Below are positions 1 through 13,892 of a stretch of 64,000 nt of DNA, one piece after another (the first letter of the stretch is position 1; every line of letters begins with the position of its first letter). The position numbers and the translations under genes are program-made. The notes under the pieces were generated by a model. It made no database searches, had not been told where the DNA came from, and saw nothing but the letters and a program-made list of their open reading frames with translations. The stretch is from Chiloscyllium plagiosum (lineage: Eukaryota): positions 14,176,812-14,240,811 of the forward strand of contig NC_057751.1 in NCBI RefSeq assembly GCF_004010195.1. The letters are read 5' to 3'.

Positions 1-960
1 TATTGTTGACATGTTGTTGAAAAATTAGCCTTTTTTATGCTGCTACTTACCAGAAAAAGTACTTCATTCCAAGCACTCCTGCCCTCACCTTGACAAAATC
101 AGGTATGCACTTTTGTGCACACCAACAAATTACTAAAATCACCCTTTTGGGATTATAAATTAATTCAAAGGAAGTGCTTGCATCATTAGTGAAGTCGCTA
201 AGAATCAAGGAGCAATGTATTTGTAATATTCATTCAGATGGGAATGCTGTCTAAAACAGACTATCCGCCTGGGACCTGGCTGCAGTTGCTGCCTTTCCAG
301 CTTTTGTTTATTTTCCTCATTTGTGCTTCACAAGTAAATGAGGAATTTCAAAGCACCAATCCTTGAAGTGTTCCTATATGTTCATTGGACCATCTGGTAG
401 TGAAGCCCCACAGAGCATGAAATGAAACCCTCAGTTAATAAAAGTCACCTAGCTTTGAAACGTGTCAGGAGTTGATAGCTGCACAGATTATAGAAAAGAC
501 AGGTGGAAGATGTGTTCCTATACGCTTGTCATTGTGACCCTCCCCCTCTATTGACAGCAACTTGGTCAGTGAAACCGGTTTTGGTCAACTGGATTGTGTG
601 TGTGCGCGCGCGGGCTAGTGTGCTTTCTGTTTCTGCATTGCTCCTCATTGCCATGCAGATCATTCAACCTGCTTCCCTCTGGAACAATGTAAGCCATGAA
701 TTTGCAACATGAAAATTTCAAAGCAAATCATGTTTTGAACAGCACAAACAACTTGGGGATTGTATGTGATCCTTTTATTGAATGGCGTTGTGTTTAGTCA
801 TCTTATGTATTTCTTCAGATGTAAGTTTATTTAATATTGTCATTTGTACCTGGGTGAAGAGTAGTTAATGTTGCCACGTTCCGGCGCAATCTTGGTTAAC
901 AGAATAAATTACTGAATCATTTGCATGAATGGCATTATTTCAGAAAGGTGGTTTAAAAAA

Positions 961-2275
961 AAGGGAAATATCGATGGTGAGCCTGACGTCAGTGGTGGGT
1001 AAGTTGTTGGAGGGGATTAGGAGGGACGGGATTTACATGCAAGGACTTGGGCTCTTGTCAACATTGTACATGGGAAATTGTGTCTAATGAACTTCATTGA
1101 GGTTTTTGAAGAAGTAGCAAAGAATTAAGGAAGACTGAGCAGTGGATGTTGTTTATATGGACTTCAGCAAAATGCTGAACAGGGTTCCGCATTGTAGACT
1201 GGTGAGCAGGGTTAGATTCCACGGAATACAGGGAGAGCTCGCCTTTTAGGTACAGAAGTGGCTCAAAGGTAGGACACAGAGGTGATGGTGGAGGTTGCTT
1301 TTTAGACCGGATGCCAGTGACCAGTGGTGTGCCATAAGGATCGATGCTGGATTCATTCATATACATGATTTGAATGGGAATACCAGACGCATGGTTAGGT
1401 AAGTTTGCAGATGACACCGAGATTGATGATGTAGTGGACAGAGAAGAAGATTATCTCAGAGTACAACAGAATCTTGATCAGATGGGCCAGTAGGCCAATG
1501 ATAGGCAGATGGAGTTTAATTTTGATAAATGTGAGGTACTGACTTTTGGAAAGACAAATCAGGGCAGGACTTAACTGTTTAATGGTCTGGTCCCAGGGAG
1601 TGTTGCCAAACAGACCTTGTAGTGTTGGATTGTAGTCCATTGGTAGTCAAGAAGGCATTTAGTATGGTTTCCTTTATTGGGCAGTGCTTTAAGTATAGTA
1701 GTTGAGAGGTCATTTGGCTGTATAGGACATTTGGTTAGGCTAGATGTGGAATACTGCATTTGGTTCTGGTCTCCCTGCTATAGTAAGGATGTTGTAGAAC
1801 TTGAAAGGGTTCGAAAAGATTTGCAAGGATGTCCATTGGAGGGTTTGAACTTGTGGGAAGAGACTGAATAGGCTGCGACTGTATTCTCTAGAATGTTGAA
1901 GGCTGAGGGGTGACTTTGTAGAGGTTTATAACATCATGAGCGGTATTCATGGGGTGAATAGCTAAGGTCTTTTCCTCAGGGTAAGGGAGTCCAAAACTAG
2001 AGGACAGAGGTTGAAGTTGAGAAGGGAAAGATTTCACAGAGACCTGAGGGGCAGCTTTTTCACGCAGAAGGTGGCACGTGAATGGAATGAGGTGCCAGAG
2101 GAAACAGTGGAGGGAATACAATCACAAGGTCTCAAAAGGCAGCTGGGTGGCTATATGAATAGGAAGGATTTAGAGGGATCTGGGCCAAATGATGGCAAAT
2201 GGGGCAAGATTAATTTAAAATATCTGGTCGGCATGGGTGAGTTGGAACGGAGGGTCTGTTTCCATGCTGTGCGAA
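961..2275 (+). mobile_element. CR1 LINE, 5'-truncated, degenerate RT and 3' UTR
   Basis: AVDVVYMDFSK, SKFADDT, VEYCIWFWSP and FFTQKV..WN motifs in broken frames. Confidence 0.9.
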
Positions 2276-2849
2276 ATATGCCAGTGTAATCTCGCAAACT
2301 CCTGATGAGATGATGCATCTTTGGCTAAGTGTTAACTTCCATCCAGATGAAACAGAGGTTTTTATTTCCATTTATAAATCCTCATTTACTGTCATTTGGC
2401 TGTTACAATCATCACAGTTTTCACACACTGGATGACAAATTCAGTAGAGAGAAATAAAGGACTTTCATAGTCTCTAAAACTTTTTGATTTCTTCAGGGAT
2501 AATCCAACAAGAACGCAAAATTCAATACATTTGAGTTGGAACTCTGAATTCGACCATAATTCATTATCCCAGTTGCCCTACACTGTTAAGACTGGATCCA
2601 GTGTGTTCACCCCAACTCCATGATCCTTCTAAACTTTCCATCAGTTTGATTTCCCATCATAAAGGCAGTGAATATGAACCTGAAAAGCATGTCCAATCCT
2701 ATGTTGAGCTTCAGACCTGAGTTTTGCGTTACATGACCTGCCCTTGCTGGAACCAATTACTTTCATTTCCATAATATTGTGTTGCAAGCCATCTATTGTT
2801 AAAACACTCTGGCAGATGCTATCTTTGACCTTACACAAAATAATCCAAG

Positions 2850-3065
2850 ATTAGAGTGGTGCTGGAAAAGCACAGCAGGTCAGGCAGAATCCGAGGAGCA
2901 GGAAAATCAACACTTTGGGCAAAAGCCCTTGGGCTTCTGATGAAGGGCTTTTGCCCGAAACGTCGATTTTCCTGCTCCTCGGATGCTGCCTGACCTGCTG
3001 TGCTTTTTCAGCACCACTCGAATCTAGACTCTAATCTCCAGCATCTGCAGTACCCACCTCCGCCT
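2850..3065. mobile_element. Short palindromic Penelope-like (pLTR-derived) insertion with 15-bp TSD
   Basis: Inverted arms 2849-2930 / 2943-3024; acaaaataatccaag at 2835-2849 and 3066-3080; arm sequence matches the end of the GIY-YIG element at 57777. Confidence 0.85.
2937..2964 (+). ncRNA. Minimal hammerhead ribozyme core
   Basis: CTGATGA-A-GGGC(tttt)GCCC-GAAA-CG-TC: conserved boxes, 4-bp stem II, palindromic ACGT stem III. Confidence 0.65.
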
Positions 3066-4844
3066 ACAAAATAATCCAAGTTTACACAAAATCTTTTGAA
3101 TGACCTTCCCTGTTGTATTCACCCAAATGAATTCAGTCTTTCAGACAGGAAATGTAAGCATTTTAGCCTGTTCTTCAAATTTTATCGTGGCTTTTGCCTT
3201 CCTGTGAATCTTATCCAGTTTTAGAACACAATCTTGTTCATTCTTTATTGTGTCTTGGGCCTTTGTGCATCTCTTCACACTTGGTTCTGAACCTTCAAAT
3301 CTTCGCTGTATGCTCTGGAGTTTTGTCTTTTACAAAGCTTTAAGATCCCCCGTTTAGGCTGGACATTAATGTTTCTTGCAATACTAGGTCAAGTATGTTA
3401 TCTGGACACAAATTGTTGTTGTCCTTGCATTTGTGCCATTTACATTTTGAGCTCATTGGGACGCATTGAGGTACAAGCTGCACATGAAACAGAGATGGTA
3501 TTGGCCCAGGCAAGTATGTCAGTTATGGTCACTGACCATAGGTTGGTGAGAAAATGAACAGTGAAGCATGCAGGATAACAAACATGGCAAATGACGTAGG
3601 AGAGAGAAAGCAAAGTAACTTGCATTTGTGGGAAAGGGAAAGAAAATTGAAACAAACATGAGCTCTGCTTTGCAAGTATTACGCCAACTCCATCTCCTGA
3701 AATTTCCACGATGGAAAGTTTCTGAGAAGACCTCTTTGACTCCAGAGTGTCCAATCTCCCACAGCAGCTTGTCTCTCTCAGAAATCTGTTTAGATAGGTA
3801 TTCCAGCTGAACTGGTTTCAAATGACGGTTCACTGATTGGCCTGGCTTTCGGTTCAAATATTGCTCACAGCGCTGAGTAAAAGTCCTGCAACAATTCAGT
3901 CTTTAAGCTCTAAAACTAGCCCATTTATCCAGGGATAATTGATTCTGAAGCCATACAGTTTAAGTAGATTGTTATTGACATGAGTGAGAGAGCTCGAATC
4001 CCTGAGGCAATGAGGTCAGAATGTCAGTTTCCCATTGATCCATCCTGTCCTGTGTACATATGGCTGTATGCAGCTTCAAGGATTCTGCCTTGTAGCTGGA
4101 GGACAGTCAGTGTTTATTGCTGCTGAAGATATCAGTGTGTTCTTAATTCCTTTAAAACAATGTCACCCGTGTCATGTATGTACCGTGAAATACAGCTGAT
4201 CGGTCATTTTAAGCTGGCATTTTAGAGTTATTAGCTGAGAAGGAGGTAATATTACACAATCCTTACGTAGTGAAACCCAAAGCACTTTGAGCGATAACCA
4301 TGTTGACCTGTGCTGAGAAAAGGCAGCACGTCAGTATCAGCGCAATGTGTGACATAAATTGAAGAAATAGACTCAGTACCTTTTCTTTCTCGCCTAATTC
4401 ACAGTTTCATCAGTTGTAAACAGTGATTGAAGAACAGGTCTCTCAGTCCCAAGTTACATCACTTGATGGAGGTCATCCAAATGCATGTGCTTCAAGGTCA
4501 AACCACCACACCAAACCACGGCACAACGTCAGTCTGTAGCATATGCGTCTTGTTTTTGGGCTCAATCTGCTTGAAGTGGCTAATTGATTGGTAATGTTCG
4601 GAAATGCAGTAACCGATGTCCAACTTTGTATCTGTGGTCCTTGCTGAGGAAAAAATAAAGGACAGGCAAAGTAGGGCTCTTGTAGCACAGTGGTAGAGTC
4701 CCTACCTCTGGGCCAGGGAGCTCAGTTTGAAGTTCTGCCTGCCCCAGAGTTATATCATAACATCTGAACAGAGTGATTAGAAAATGCTGAAGGAACATGT
4801 GCATGTCAGATCTATCAGCTTATACTGAGTTGAGTTTGGATTGG

Positions 4845-5015
4845 ATTAAATTAGATTAGATTCCCTACAATGTGGAAACAGGCCCTTCGGCCCAATAAGT
4901 CCACACTGACCGTCCGAAGAATAACCAACCCAGACTCATTTCCCTCTGACTAATGCACTAACACTATGGGCAATTTAGAATGGCCAGTTCACCTAACCTG
5001 CATGTCTTTGGATTT
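4845..5015 (-). mobile_element. 5'-truncated HE1-like SINE
   Basis: (ttaga)n tail followed by the reverse complement of the 3' half of the SINE at 44572. Confidence 0.85.
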
Positions 5016-5529
5016 GTGCTCCACCAGAATTTCATGGCTTGACATGTCCTTCCCTTCGCAATCACAATCAAGCCAATGAACCTCTTTCGTCTTGTGAGTA
5101 TGAGAGCGCAGATGAGGAACATCACCAGACACACATACAAATTTGGTCAAAAACTAAATGAGGTTGCACCTTTTGAGGGCTGTGAACATACAAATCAATC
5201 TGTCAGTTGCTGTTGAACAGCAAAATAATCACCATTTGTCATATGTCAGGGACTGGTTCTTACGATGCTACAGTGGAAGAAGCTTGCTATTTGGAAAGGC
5301 TGTGAAAAGCGATTGAGTTCTGTTCAAGGTCTAAGGTTTAAGTAAGGTACATACCAGCAGGGCCTAGGACAGGAGATTGAAACAACTGGGGCCAGGGGTA
5401 GACTGCTGTGCTCTGGACAGGGTCAGGGTCAGGAGCAGATGAAGGAGATGTGATTCCTCTCATGGCCCAGGGTACCAGAAGTCAGGTTAATGAAATTTAT
5501 TTAAAAAAGGAAAACAAAATACTCGAGTT

Positions 5530-6385
5530 CACCCTTCAACACAGGATCTTCTGGTTTGGGAAGTTGGCAGAGACAGGTGAATGGTGACTGTAAGTGCGGC
5601 AGGTAAAGATATCCTGAGGGGAGAAGCCTCTTTGTTCCAACTCTTCAACAAATTTGGTGTACTTTCCACTTGTTTGGATGAGAGTGAAGGCTGGAGGGTG
5701 GATAAACTAATAGTATGGGATGTGAGAAGGCACTTAAGCGTGCAGTTGGTGGCATGGGAGGCAGGTTGTTGGTTTGGGATGCAAAAGGGAATGTGGTGGT
5801 TACAGAGCTGTGTCGTGAAGAGGATTGATGCCGTTCTCTGCATTGAAGATCAAGAGTTGAGGAAATTGTTTTATCTGCGCAAAGCCAGAGTTTTAAGCAT
5901 CCACTCAAGGCTGGAGAGGAACTTGCAGTGAGAGGTCAAGGATCCACTCACCTTCATCCGTGTTGGTATGGGTTACCGTGGCAGAACAAGATAAGAGGTT
6001 TTCGCATATGAGGAGCCAGGCGCCACATTAACAAGCAGAAACTGATTTGAAAATGTTTCAGAGTTGATGCAAGTCTGCAAAATCCTGAGGGGATGCCACA
6101 GGATAGTTGTGGAAAGGATGTTAACTTCTTCGGGATAATTGACAATTAGGCAAAAAAGTGAATTGTTTTTGAGGGTTGTGAGTCTTCGGAGCTCTGCTTC
6201 TGAAAAGGTAGTGCATGCAGAACCGTTGAATGTTTTAAAGGTGCAGTTCGATCCCTGATCAGCAAGAGGGTGCAGGGTTATCAGGGTAGGCAGGAAATTG
6301 GATTCAAGGTGTCAGATCGGCCGTGATCTGATTGAATGGCAGAGCAGGCCTGAGTGGCTGAATCGCCTATTGCTGTCTCTGATTT
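5530..6385 (+). mobile_element. Old CR1 fragments (ORF1 piece, then 3' end)
   Basis: 5620-5705 resembles 49100-49170; 6030-6385 resembles the CR1 3' ends at 13000-13340 and 52300-52690. Confidence 0.55.
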
Positions 6386-6594
6386 ATGTGTGCATTTAGT
6401 GCTACAAGCGTCATATTTGACCTATGCTCTTGTTCTGTCATGTAGCATTGGGAATAGTGGTGGACGATTAAAACAACTAACCTGGAAGAGAAGGCTGTAC
6501 TTGGGACTAAGACATGAGAATTCATGTTTCTGAACAAGTTCAAACTTTATTTGAATGTAAAAGAAGTGGATAAAATAGATGTCATACTATAAGC

Positions 6595-6890
6595 TTTTTT
6601 TATTCACTCCTGGGATGTGGGTGACTGTGGCGAAGCCAGTATTTATTGACCATCCGTAATGGTTAAGAGTCAACCACGTAACTGTGGGTCTGAAGTCACA
6701 TGTAGACCAGACCAGGTAAGGATAACAGATTTCCTTCCCGAAAGGGCATCGGTAAACCAGATGGGCTTTTCCGACAGTCGGCAATGGTTTCATGGTCATC
6801 GCGAGACACTTAATTCTAGAATCTTTATTGAATTCAAATTCCACCACCTGCCATGACTAGATTTGAACCCAGGTCCCCAGAATGCAAGTT
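6595..6890 (-). mobile_element. tRNA-derived SINE (second family)
   Basis: Reverse complement of the SINE at 13893 and 46105 (ctggggacctgggttcaaatc head region, gggaaggaaatctg body). Confidence 0.8.
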
Positions 6891-7829
6891 GAGTTGCCTG
6901 TTTAAAATGTCGTGCTAATATCAGGAGGCCATTTCCTGCCCTCTAAATTAGACTCTAAAGTTCATATCTGTTTTCACTTTTAACTTTTTGCCCCCTCAGC
7001 CAATATTTGCTTCTGAATGGACCCAAGTGTCACACAGTCCCCTACAGAACCTTTAATTTTCCTCAGGTCCAGTTATTCTTTGTGTAAATGAACTCTGGAA
7101 GCTTCAGTCCCTTGTTCTGCTTGCCTGCTCACTATTTCCATGTGAATCTGCAGGCTGCTTTCTATAGCCCTCAAAGGTTATGTAACAGTGTACATTATTC
7201 CACGGGTTTTAAATCTGGCAGCCTTCCAGTTTCTGTTCCCTCATAAAATTCAACCTGAAGTTAAGCCTCGGGCGTATTCCATCCTGTGACTGATGAAATG
7301 AATTCTTTTGCCCGGCTTACAGCATTGGTCCAGCTAGCTATCAGTGAGTTTGACTCTCCTTGGGTGGTCTGCAAACCACACCAGGTCCAAGCTGCAGCCC
7401 CTGAACTTCCATCACTCAGTATGTCCCTGAGTATCACCCGAATCAGTTTCCATCTGTTCAGAACCATTTGGTTTACAAATCTCAGCATCAGGTTCATTTC
7501 TTGAGAAACTGTTTCGACTTGACTTTCTTTACATTTCCAATTAGATGTGCATTGTTGAAGTTTCTCTCCTCCTGTTTTTACATCTGTTTTATTTTATTCT
7601 GACCTTGTAAGTGTGAGAACCTACCAGCTTGCTTGCAATGCAATCACATTAGATGTTTCCCAGTCATAAATTAGGTTCTACACTCTGCCCCCCACCCATT
7701 TTGCCAGTTCCAACTTGAATTTTCTGAAACTTGAAAGTTTTATTCCACAGCACATGAAGCATCAACTTGATATTTGCAACAAAGAGTGCAATTCAACTCA
7801 TTGATGCCAAGACTTGTAGTGGTTGCAGT

Positions 7830-8485
7830 CATTTTGAGATGGAAACACCAAGCAGATGATCTTTCTCAGCATCCTCCCTGAAGTCCCCAGAACCAAAGAT
7901 GTCAGTCTACAGTCAATTCAAGTCACTCGATGCCATGGCTGAAAACAGGTGGACACAGCAAGGGCAGTAAGACCTGATAATGTTTCAGCTCTAATGTTGA
8001 AGACCTGCAAAAGCGTTAGCTGTGCCCTTTGCCAAGCTAGTCCAGTGCCGCTTTAACACTGACTTCTTTTGTCACAATGAGAAATTGCCCAGATATTGCC
8101 TGTCTATAAACTAAATAGACAAATCCAATCAGTAAAATTCACCCTAAATCATCAGCAAAGTATGATCAAATTGTGCTGCTTTCAAATAACAGGGATTCTG
8201 CTATAACTTGCTTCCTGCTGGTCAGCTCAGCTTCTGTCAGGGATACTGAGCTGAGGTGTCATCTAGGCAGCTTTGGTCAAGTGAAGTACCAAGGGGCTGG
8301 ATTAAAATTGAAGCCAGTGGGAATTGAGGGCAAGTCTCCACTGACTGGGGTCATAGGCAGTGCAAAGTAAAATGGCTATGCTTGTTGGAGTCCACACAGT
8401 GTGGGCACTTAGTACATTTGTGTCCTTGACCAAGCAGCCAACTGTTGCATTAATGACTTTCCTTCCATTTCCAAGTCAGAACAGG
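7830..8485 (+). mobile_element. Degenerate fragment of the second LINE family
   Basis: Colinear similarity to 19620-20410. Confidence 0.65.
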
Positions 8486-8489
8486 GGAT

Positions 8490-10521
8490 TTGTGAAGTAA
8501 CAGGGTTACTTGTTATGGGATAATTTAACTTTCCTAATATTGACCAGAAACGCTATTGTTCAAGTACCTTAGATGAGCCTATTATTGTCCAATGTGTGCA
8601 GAAGGATGTCCTGACACAGTGTGTAGACAGGCCAACAAGGGCCGAGGCCACATTGGATTTGGTACTGGGTAATGACCCAGGCCAGGTGTTACATTTGTAG
8701 GTAGATGAGCACTTTGGTGGTAGTGTCCACAATTCGGTTATGTTTACTTTAGCAATGAAAAGGAACACGTACATACCACAGGGCAAGTGTTACAGCTGGG
8801 GGAAAACCAATTATTATACAATTAGGCAAGATTTAGGATGCATAAGATGGGAAAGGAAAGTGCAGGGGATGGGCACAATTGAAATGTGGAGCTTGTCAAG
8901 GAACAGCTACTGCATGTCCTTGATAAGTATGTACCTGTCAGGCAGGGAAGGTGTGGCCGCTTGAGGGAATCTTGGACAGTGTGACAATAGATAAGTCCCC
9001 TGAAATGGGTGGAATTTATCCTAGGATTCTCTGGGAAGCCAGGGAAGAGATTGCAGAGCCTTTGGCTTTGATCTTTATGACACCATTGTCTACAAGAATA
9101 GTGTCAGAAGACTGGAGGACAGCAAATGTTATCCCCTTGTTCAAGAAGGGGAATAGAGATAACTCTGGTAATTATAGATCAGTGAGCCTTACATCATTTA
9201 TGGGTAATGTGTTGGAAAGGATTATAAGAGATAGGATTTATAATCATCTAGAAAGGAATAATTTGATTAGGAATAGTCAACATGGTTTTGTGAAGGGTAG
9301 ATTGCACCTCACAAACATTATTGAGTTCTTTGAGAAGGTAACCAAACAGATGGATGAGGGTAAAGCAGTTGATGTGGTGTATATGGATTTCAGTAAGCTG
9401 TTTGATCAGGTTCCCCATGGTAGGCTATAGCAGAATAGGTGGAGGCAAGGGATTGAGAGTGGTTTAGCGATTTGGATCAGAAATTGACAAGCTGAAAGAA
9501 GACAGAGGGTAGTGATTGGTGGGAAATGTGTTGATGGGTTCATCCTGGAGTTCAGTGACTAGTAGTGTACTGCAAGGATCTGTTTTAGGGCCACTGCTGT
9601 TTGTCATTGTTAAAAACGACCTGGATGAATGCGTAAAAGGGCAGGTCAGCAAATGTGCGGATGACATGAAGGTCAGTGGAGCTGTGGACAGTGTGGAAGG
9701 ATGTTGCAGCTTACAGGGGGACATAGATTAGCTGCAAAGCTGGGCTGACAGATGGCAAATGGAGTTTAATGCAGAAAAGTGTGAGGTGACTCACTTTGCA
9801 AGGAGCAACAGGGATAAAGAGTATTGAGCTAATGGTAAGAAACTTGGCAGTGTGGATGAGTAGAGAAATCTCGGTTTCCATGTACGTAGATCCTTGAAAG
9901 TTGCCATCCAGGTTGATAGGGTTGTTAAAAAGGCGTACTGTGTGTTAGCTTTTATTAATAGAGGGATCCGGTTTTGGAACCATGAGGCCATGTTGCAGCT
10001 GTATAAAACTCTGGTGCAGCCGCACTTGGAGTAGTGCATACAGTTCTGGTCCGTGCATTATAGGAAGGATGTGGAAGCTTTGGAAAGGGTGCAGAGGAGA
10101 TTTACCAGGGTTTTACCTGGTATGGAGGGAAGGTCTTATGAGGAAAGGCTGATGGTCTTGAGGCTGTTTTCGTGAGAGAGAGGAAGGTTAACTTTTTAGA
10201 GACATACAAGATAATCAGGCTTAGATAGGGTGGAGAGTGAGAGCCTTTTTCCTCAGCTGGTGATGGCGAGCACGAGGGGCCGTAGCTTGAAACTGAGGAC
10301 TGATAGGTATAGGACAGATATCAGAGGTAGGTTCTTTACTCAGACAGTAGTAAAGCCCTGCCTGCAACAGTAGTGCATGTGGTAATTTCAAGAGCATTTG
10401 AATGGTCATTGGATAAACATATAGATGAAAATGCAATAGTGTAGGTTAGATGGGCTTCAGATTGGTTTCACAGGTCGGCGCAGCATTGAGAGCCTGTACT
10501 GCACTGTTTTGTTCTGTGTTC
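8490..10521 (+). mobile_element. CR1 LINE, internally deleted (endonuclease piece, RT, 3' UTR)
   Basis: ORFs 8951-9430 (DKSP..GIYPRIL...NYRSVSLTS...QHGF...YMDFSK) and 9516-9731 (QGSVLGPLLF...ADD). Confidence 0.92.
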
Positions 10522-10559
10522 GAACTGAAAGGTTTGAATTAAATTGCCTGATTGAACAT

Positions 10560-11285
10560 GGTTCAGTACCATTGACAATTCCTCAGACACTGAAGTGGTC
10601 CATGTTTGCTTGATGTGTGCAGTAATCAGGATTTGGCTGTTAAGTCGCAAGTAACATATGTGCCTTGCAAGTATCAGGCAACGACCATCTCCAAAACAAG
10701 AGGAAATGGAACCATCCACCTTTGCAGTAGTTTTCACAACACTCCGTCTCACTTCCATCAAGAAAACCTTAACTGGAATAGCCAAATGAATATTGTGCAA
10801 GAAGATTAAGTCAGAAGCTGCTAATTCTGTGGCAGATAACTCGCCTCTTGACCCTCCAAATCCTGAATACTATCTACAAGATACAAATCAGGAGTGCAGT
10901 GAGACACCATTCACTCGTCAACAAGGCACAACAAGCTTAACACCATTCAGTACAAAGCAACCCATCTATTAAGCATTCACCAGTAGCAGCAGTTTGTACC
11001 ATCTGCAAGATCTACTTCACCAATATTTTCTGAACCCATATCCTTTAGCACTGAGAGAAACAAGCACAGCAGATAAGTGGGAGCAAGTCTCTCACCATCC
11101 TTACTTGGAACTACTTCACTGTTCCTGGGTTAAAATCCATGAACTTCTTTTCCCCTCAGTACTGTGTGTGCACTTTGCAAAATGAAGAGCATTTGAAGAA
11201 GCCAGGTCATCACTACCTTCTCAAGAGCAGTTAGGAGTTAGGCATTAACTGGTTGCCTTCCGATGATACCCACACCCAGTGACTA
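10560..11285 (+). mobile_element. 3' fragment of the second LINE family
   Basis: Colinear similarity to 20430-21260, including the ccttctcaag..gca tail. Confidence 0.7.
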
Positions 11286-12440
11286 AGCCAAATGCACGAT
11301 TCCCCTTGTGTGTGCAGTGAGACGCACCTGAAATGCTGTGCTGTACTTTGAAGTTATTCAGCATTCTCTGTGACGGAATAAACCAAAGCTTCTGTTCAGA
11401 GCGATACAGCACTGAAAGCAAGTTAGGGTTCATTCTTTTGTCTTTGTTACAAGGGGTATCTTTCTTTCTGATCCTGAGCTGCACTTGAGTTTCACAATTA
11501 GAAGCTTCCTAATCAGGGTGAAGGTGAAGCAGACGATTTTTTTTCATTGTCTGTTTGCTAAGACTTTTTCAATTGTGTGTTGTTTTGTCTCTAATGGAGA
11601 TTCTCCATGATATTCTCGAACTAAGTAAGTGGTGTCTTGCTTGCTCGTTAACTTAACAAATATTCACATTTATGAAGTGCTGTGCTAGGTTAAAATGCTT
11701 GAAGGTGCTATCCATGAACATCTCCCATCGATTTCCTTGCTGTGATGTCGTAATTCAGAGACTGAATATCCTTCCTGAAGTAGAACTCATCCTCTCCCAT
11801 TTTTAAAACCTTTGCAGGGACTTGTGTTCAGCTACCCTTGTTGAAGCCTCTGCGCAAAAATGATTCTTGAATTTTCTGACGTTCGTTTAATTTAAATAGT
11901 GTTATCTCGAAATGCAGAAAGCTTCATGAACAAATTAAGATCTGTCCCGGATTTGCATACTCTTTACTGAGAAAAACTTCAGGTTTTGTTTCCATTTGCT
12001 CTACTCCAGAGGCTAAAGTCCAAGGATAGGCAACCTTTTAACGTAACTGAAATGAACTTAGCAGTCTCTGTGGATTCCTTCCAAGAACTCATTACATAAA
12101 GCAGCCCTAAACTTGATCCTCATTAAGGTTACATTCAACTTATCATATTCTTTGATCCGGAGGTCGTAAATTTGAAGTCATATCCTGATGTTTTTGCTGT
12201 TTTAAATTGCCTGCCAACACTGAATTCAAGGCTTGACATGCGATTCATCAAAGCTGGAAAATGGATTGTTTTGTTTCCTCATGTTACCTTGTAGTCCATA
12301 TTCTCAGATCGTGCACCACCTTCGATAAATTTACAAATGATCTAAGTTGCTGGGCTGTCACCCCACTGATCCAGACTGGAAAGTTAGTTTTCGAATCATG
12401 ACCCACTGCAGTCTATTTGATCTCATCACAAACCTGGACA

Positions 12441-13340
12441 ACATTTGACCTCTACATCATTGGTATTAAAAGTATTATTAGCAAATTTGCTGATGAGACA
12501 AAGCTGGGTGGCAGGGTGAAATGTGAGGAGGATGTTACGAGAATACAGGGTGACTTCGACAGGCTAGGTGAGTGGACGGCTGCATGGCAGATGCAGCTTA
12601 ATGTGAATAAATGTGTGGTTATCCACTTTGGTGGCAAGAACAGGAAGGCAGATTACTATCGAAGTGGAGTCAAGTTTGGTAAAGGGCAAGTACAATGAGA
12701 TGTAGGTGTTCATGCCGGTACAGCAGGCAGTGAAGAAAGCTAATGGCATGCTGGTCTTCATAACAAGAGGAATTGAGTATAGGAGAAAAGAGGTCCTTCT
12801 GCAGCTGTACAGGGCCCTGGTGAGACTGCAGCTGCAGTATTATGTGCAGTTTTGGTCTCCAAATTTGAGGAAGGACATTCTGGCTATTGAGGGAGTGCAG
12901 CGTAGGCTCACGAGGTCAATTCCCGGAATGGCACGACGATCATATGTTGTATACTCTTGAGTTGAGAAGGATGAGAGGGTATGTGATTGTATAACATTAT
13001 TAATGGATTGGACACTCTGGAGGCAGGAAGCATGTTTCCGCTGATGGGTGAGTCCAGAACCAGAGGACACAGTTTAAAAATTTACAGCAGAGTTGAGGAG
13101 AAACTTCTTCACCCAGAGAGCAGTGGACATATGGAAGGCTCTGTCCCTGAAGGCAGTGGAGGCCAAGTCTCTGGATACTTTCAAGAAAGAGATGGATAGA
13201 GCTCTTTGGGATAATGGAATCAAGGGTTATGGGGATAAGGCAGGAACAGGATACTGATTGTGGATGATCAACCATGAACTTAATGAATGGTGGTGCTGGC
13301 TCAAAGGGCCAAATGGCCTACTCCTGCACCTATTGTCTAT
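12441..13340 (+). mobile_element. CR1 LINE 3' fragment
   Basis: ISKFADETKLGG, LYRALVR..QYYVQFWSP, 3' UTR ending gggccaaatggcctactcctgcacctat. Confidence 0.9.
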
Positions 13341-13489
13341 TATCGTTGGTGACTCACTCCCAAAATTGCTGTCTTTACTGACATGCCTTCAGACCACGAG
13401 TCTTTGATTGGCACAAATACATTGTATCCATTCTGTCCAAGTAACGTTTGGTCATGAGAGGAATAACTCACTTTAAGTAGCAGCAAAAC

Positions 13490-13610
13490 TCTGACAAAGG
13501 GTCACCGGATCTGAAACAGTAACTCTTGATTTCTCTTCACAGATGCTGCCAGACCCGCTGAGCTTTTCCAGCAACTTCTGCTCTTGTTTCTGATTTACAG
13601 CATCCATAGT
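13490..13610 (+). mobile_element. Penelope-like pLTR fragment
   Basis: ctgacaaagggtca...tgaaac..taactct...cagatgctgccagacc.gctgagcttttccagc; same family as 47040-47132. Confidence 0.65.
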
Positions 13611-13892
13611 TGTTGTGGTTTTTCTTTTTTAGTCGTACTGATCGACACAAAAATGTTGATCAAATGTTGGCAGAAGCTCTACACCTGATGCGAAGAATTG
13701 AGGTGGAATCTTAAAAACGTCTGTGAGATGTCTTCAGCCAAGCCTTAATGTTCAAGGAGCTAACTAAATGAAGGTTTTGAACAAAACTGGAACAGGCACA
13801 AATTAATTCAACACAACTCACATTGAGCATTCATCTATTTTGCTTCTCGTCCTCCTCCAGCTGGTGTTTCCTTACAGACAGATTCAAAAGGG

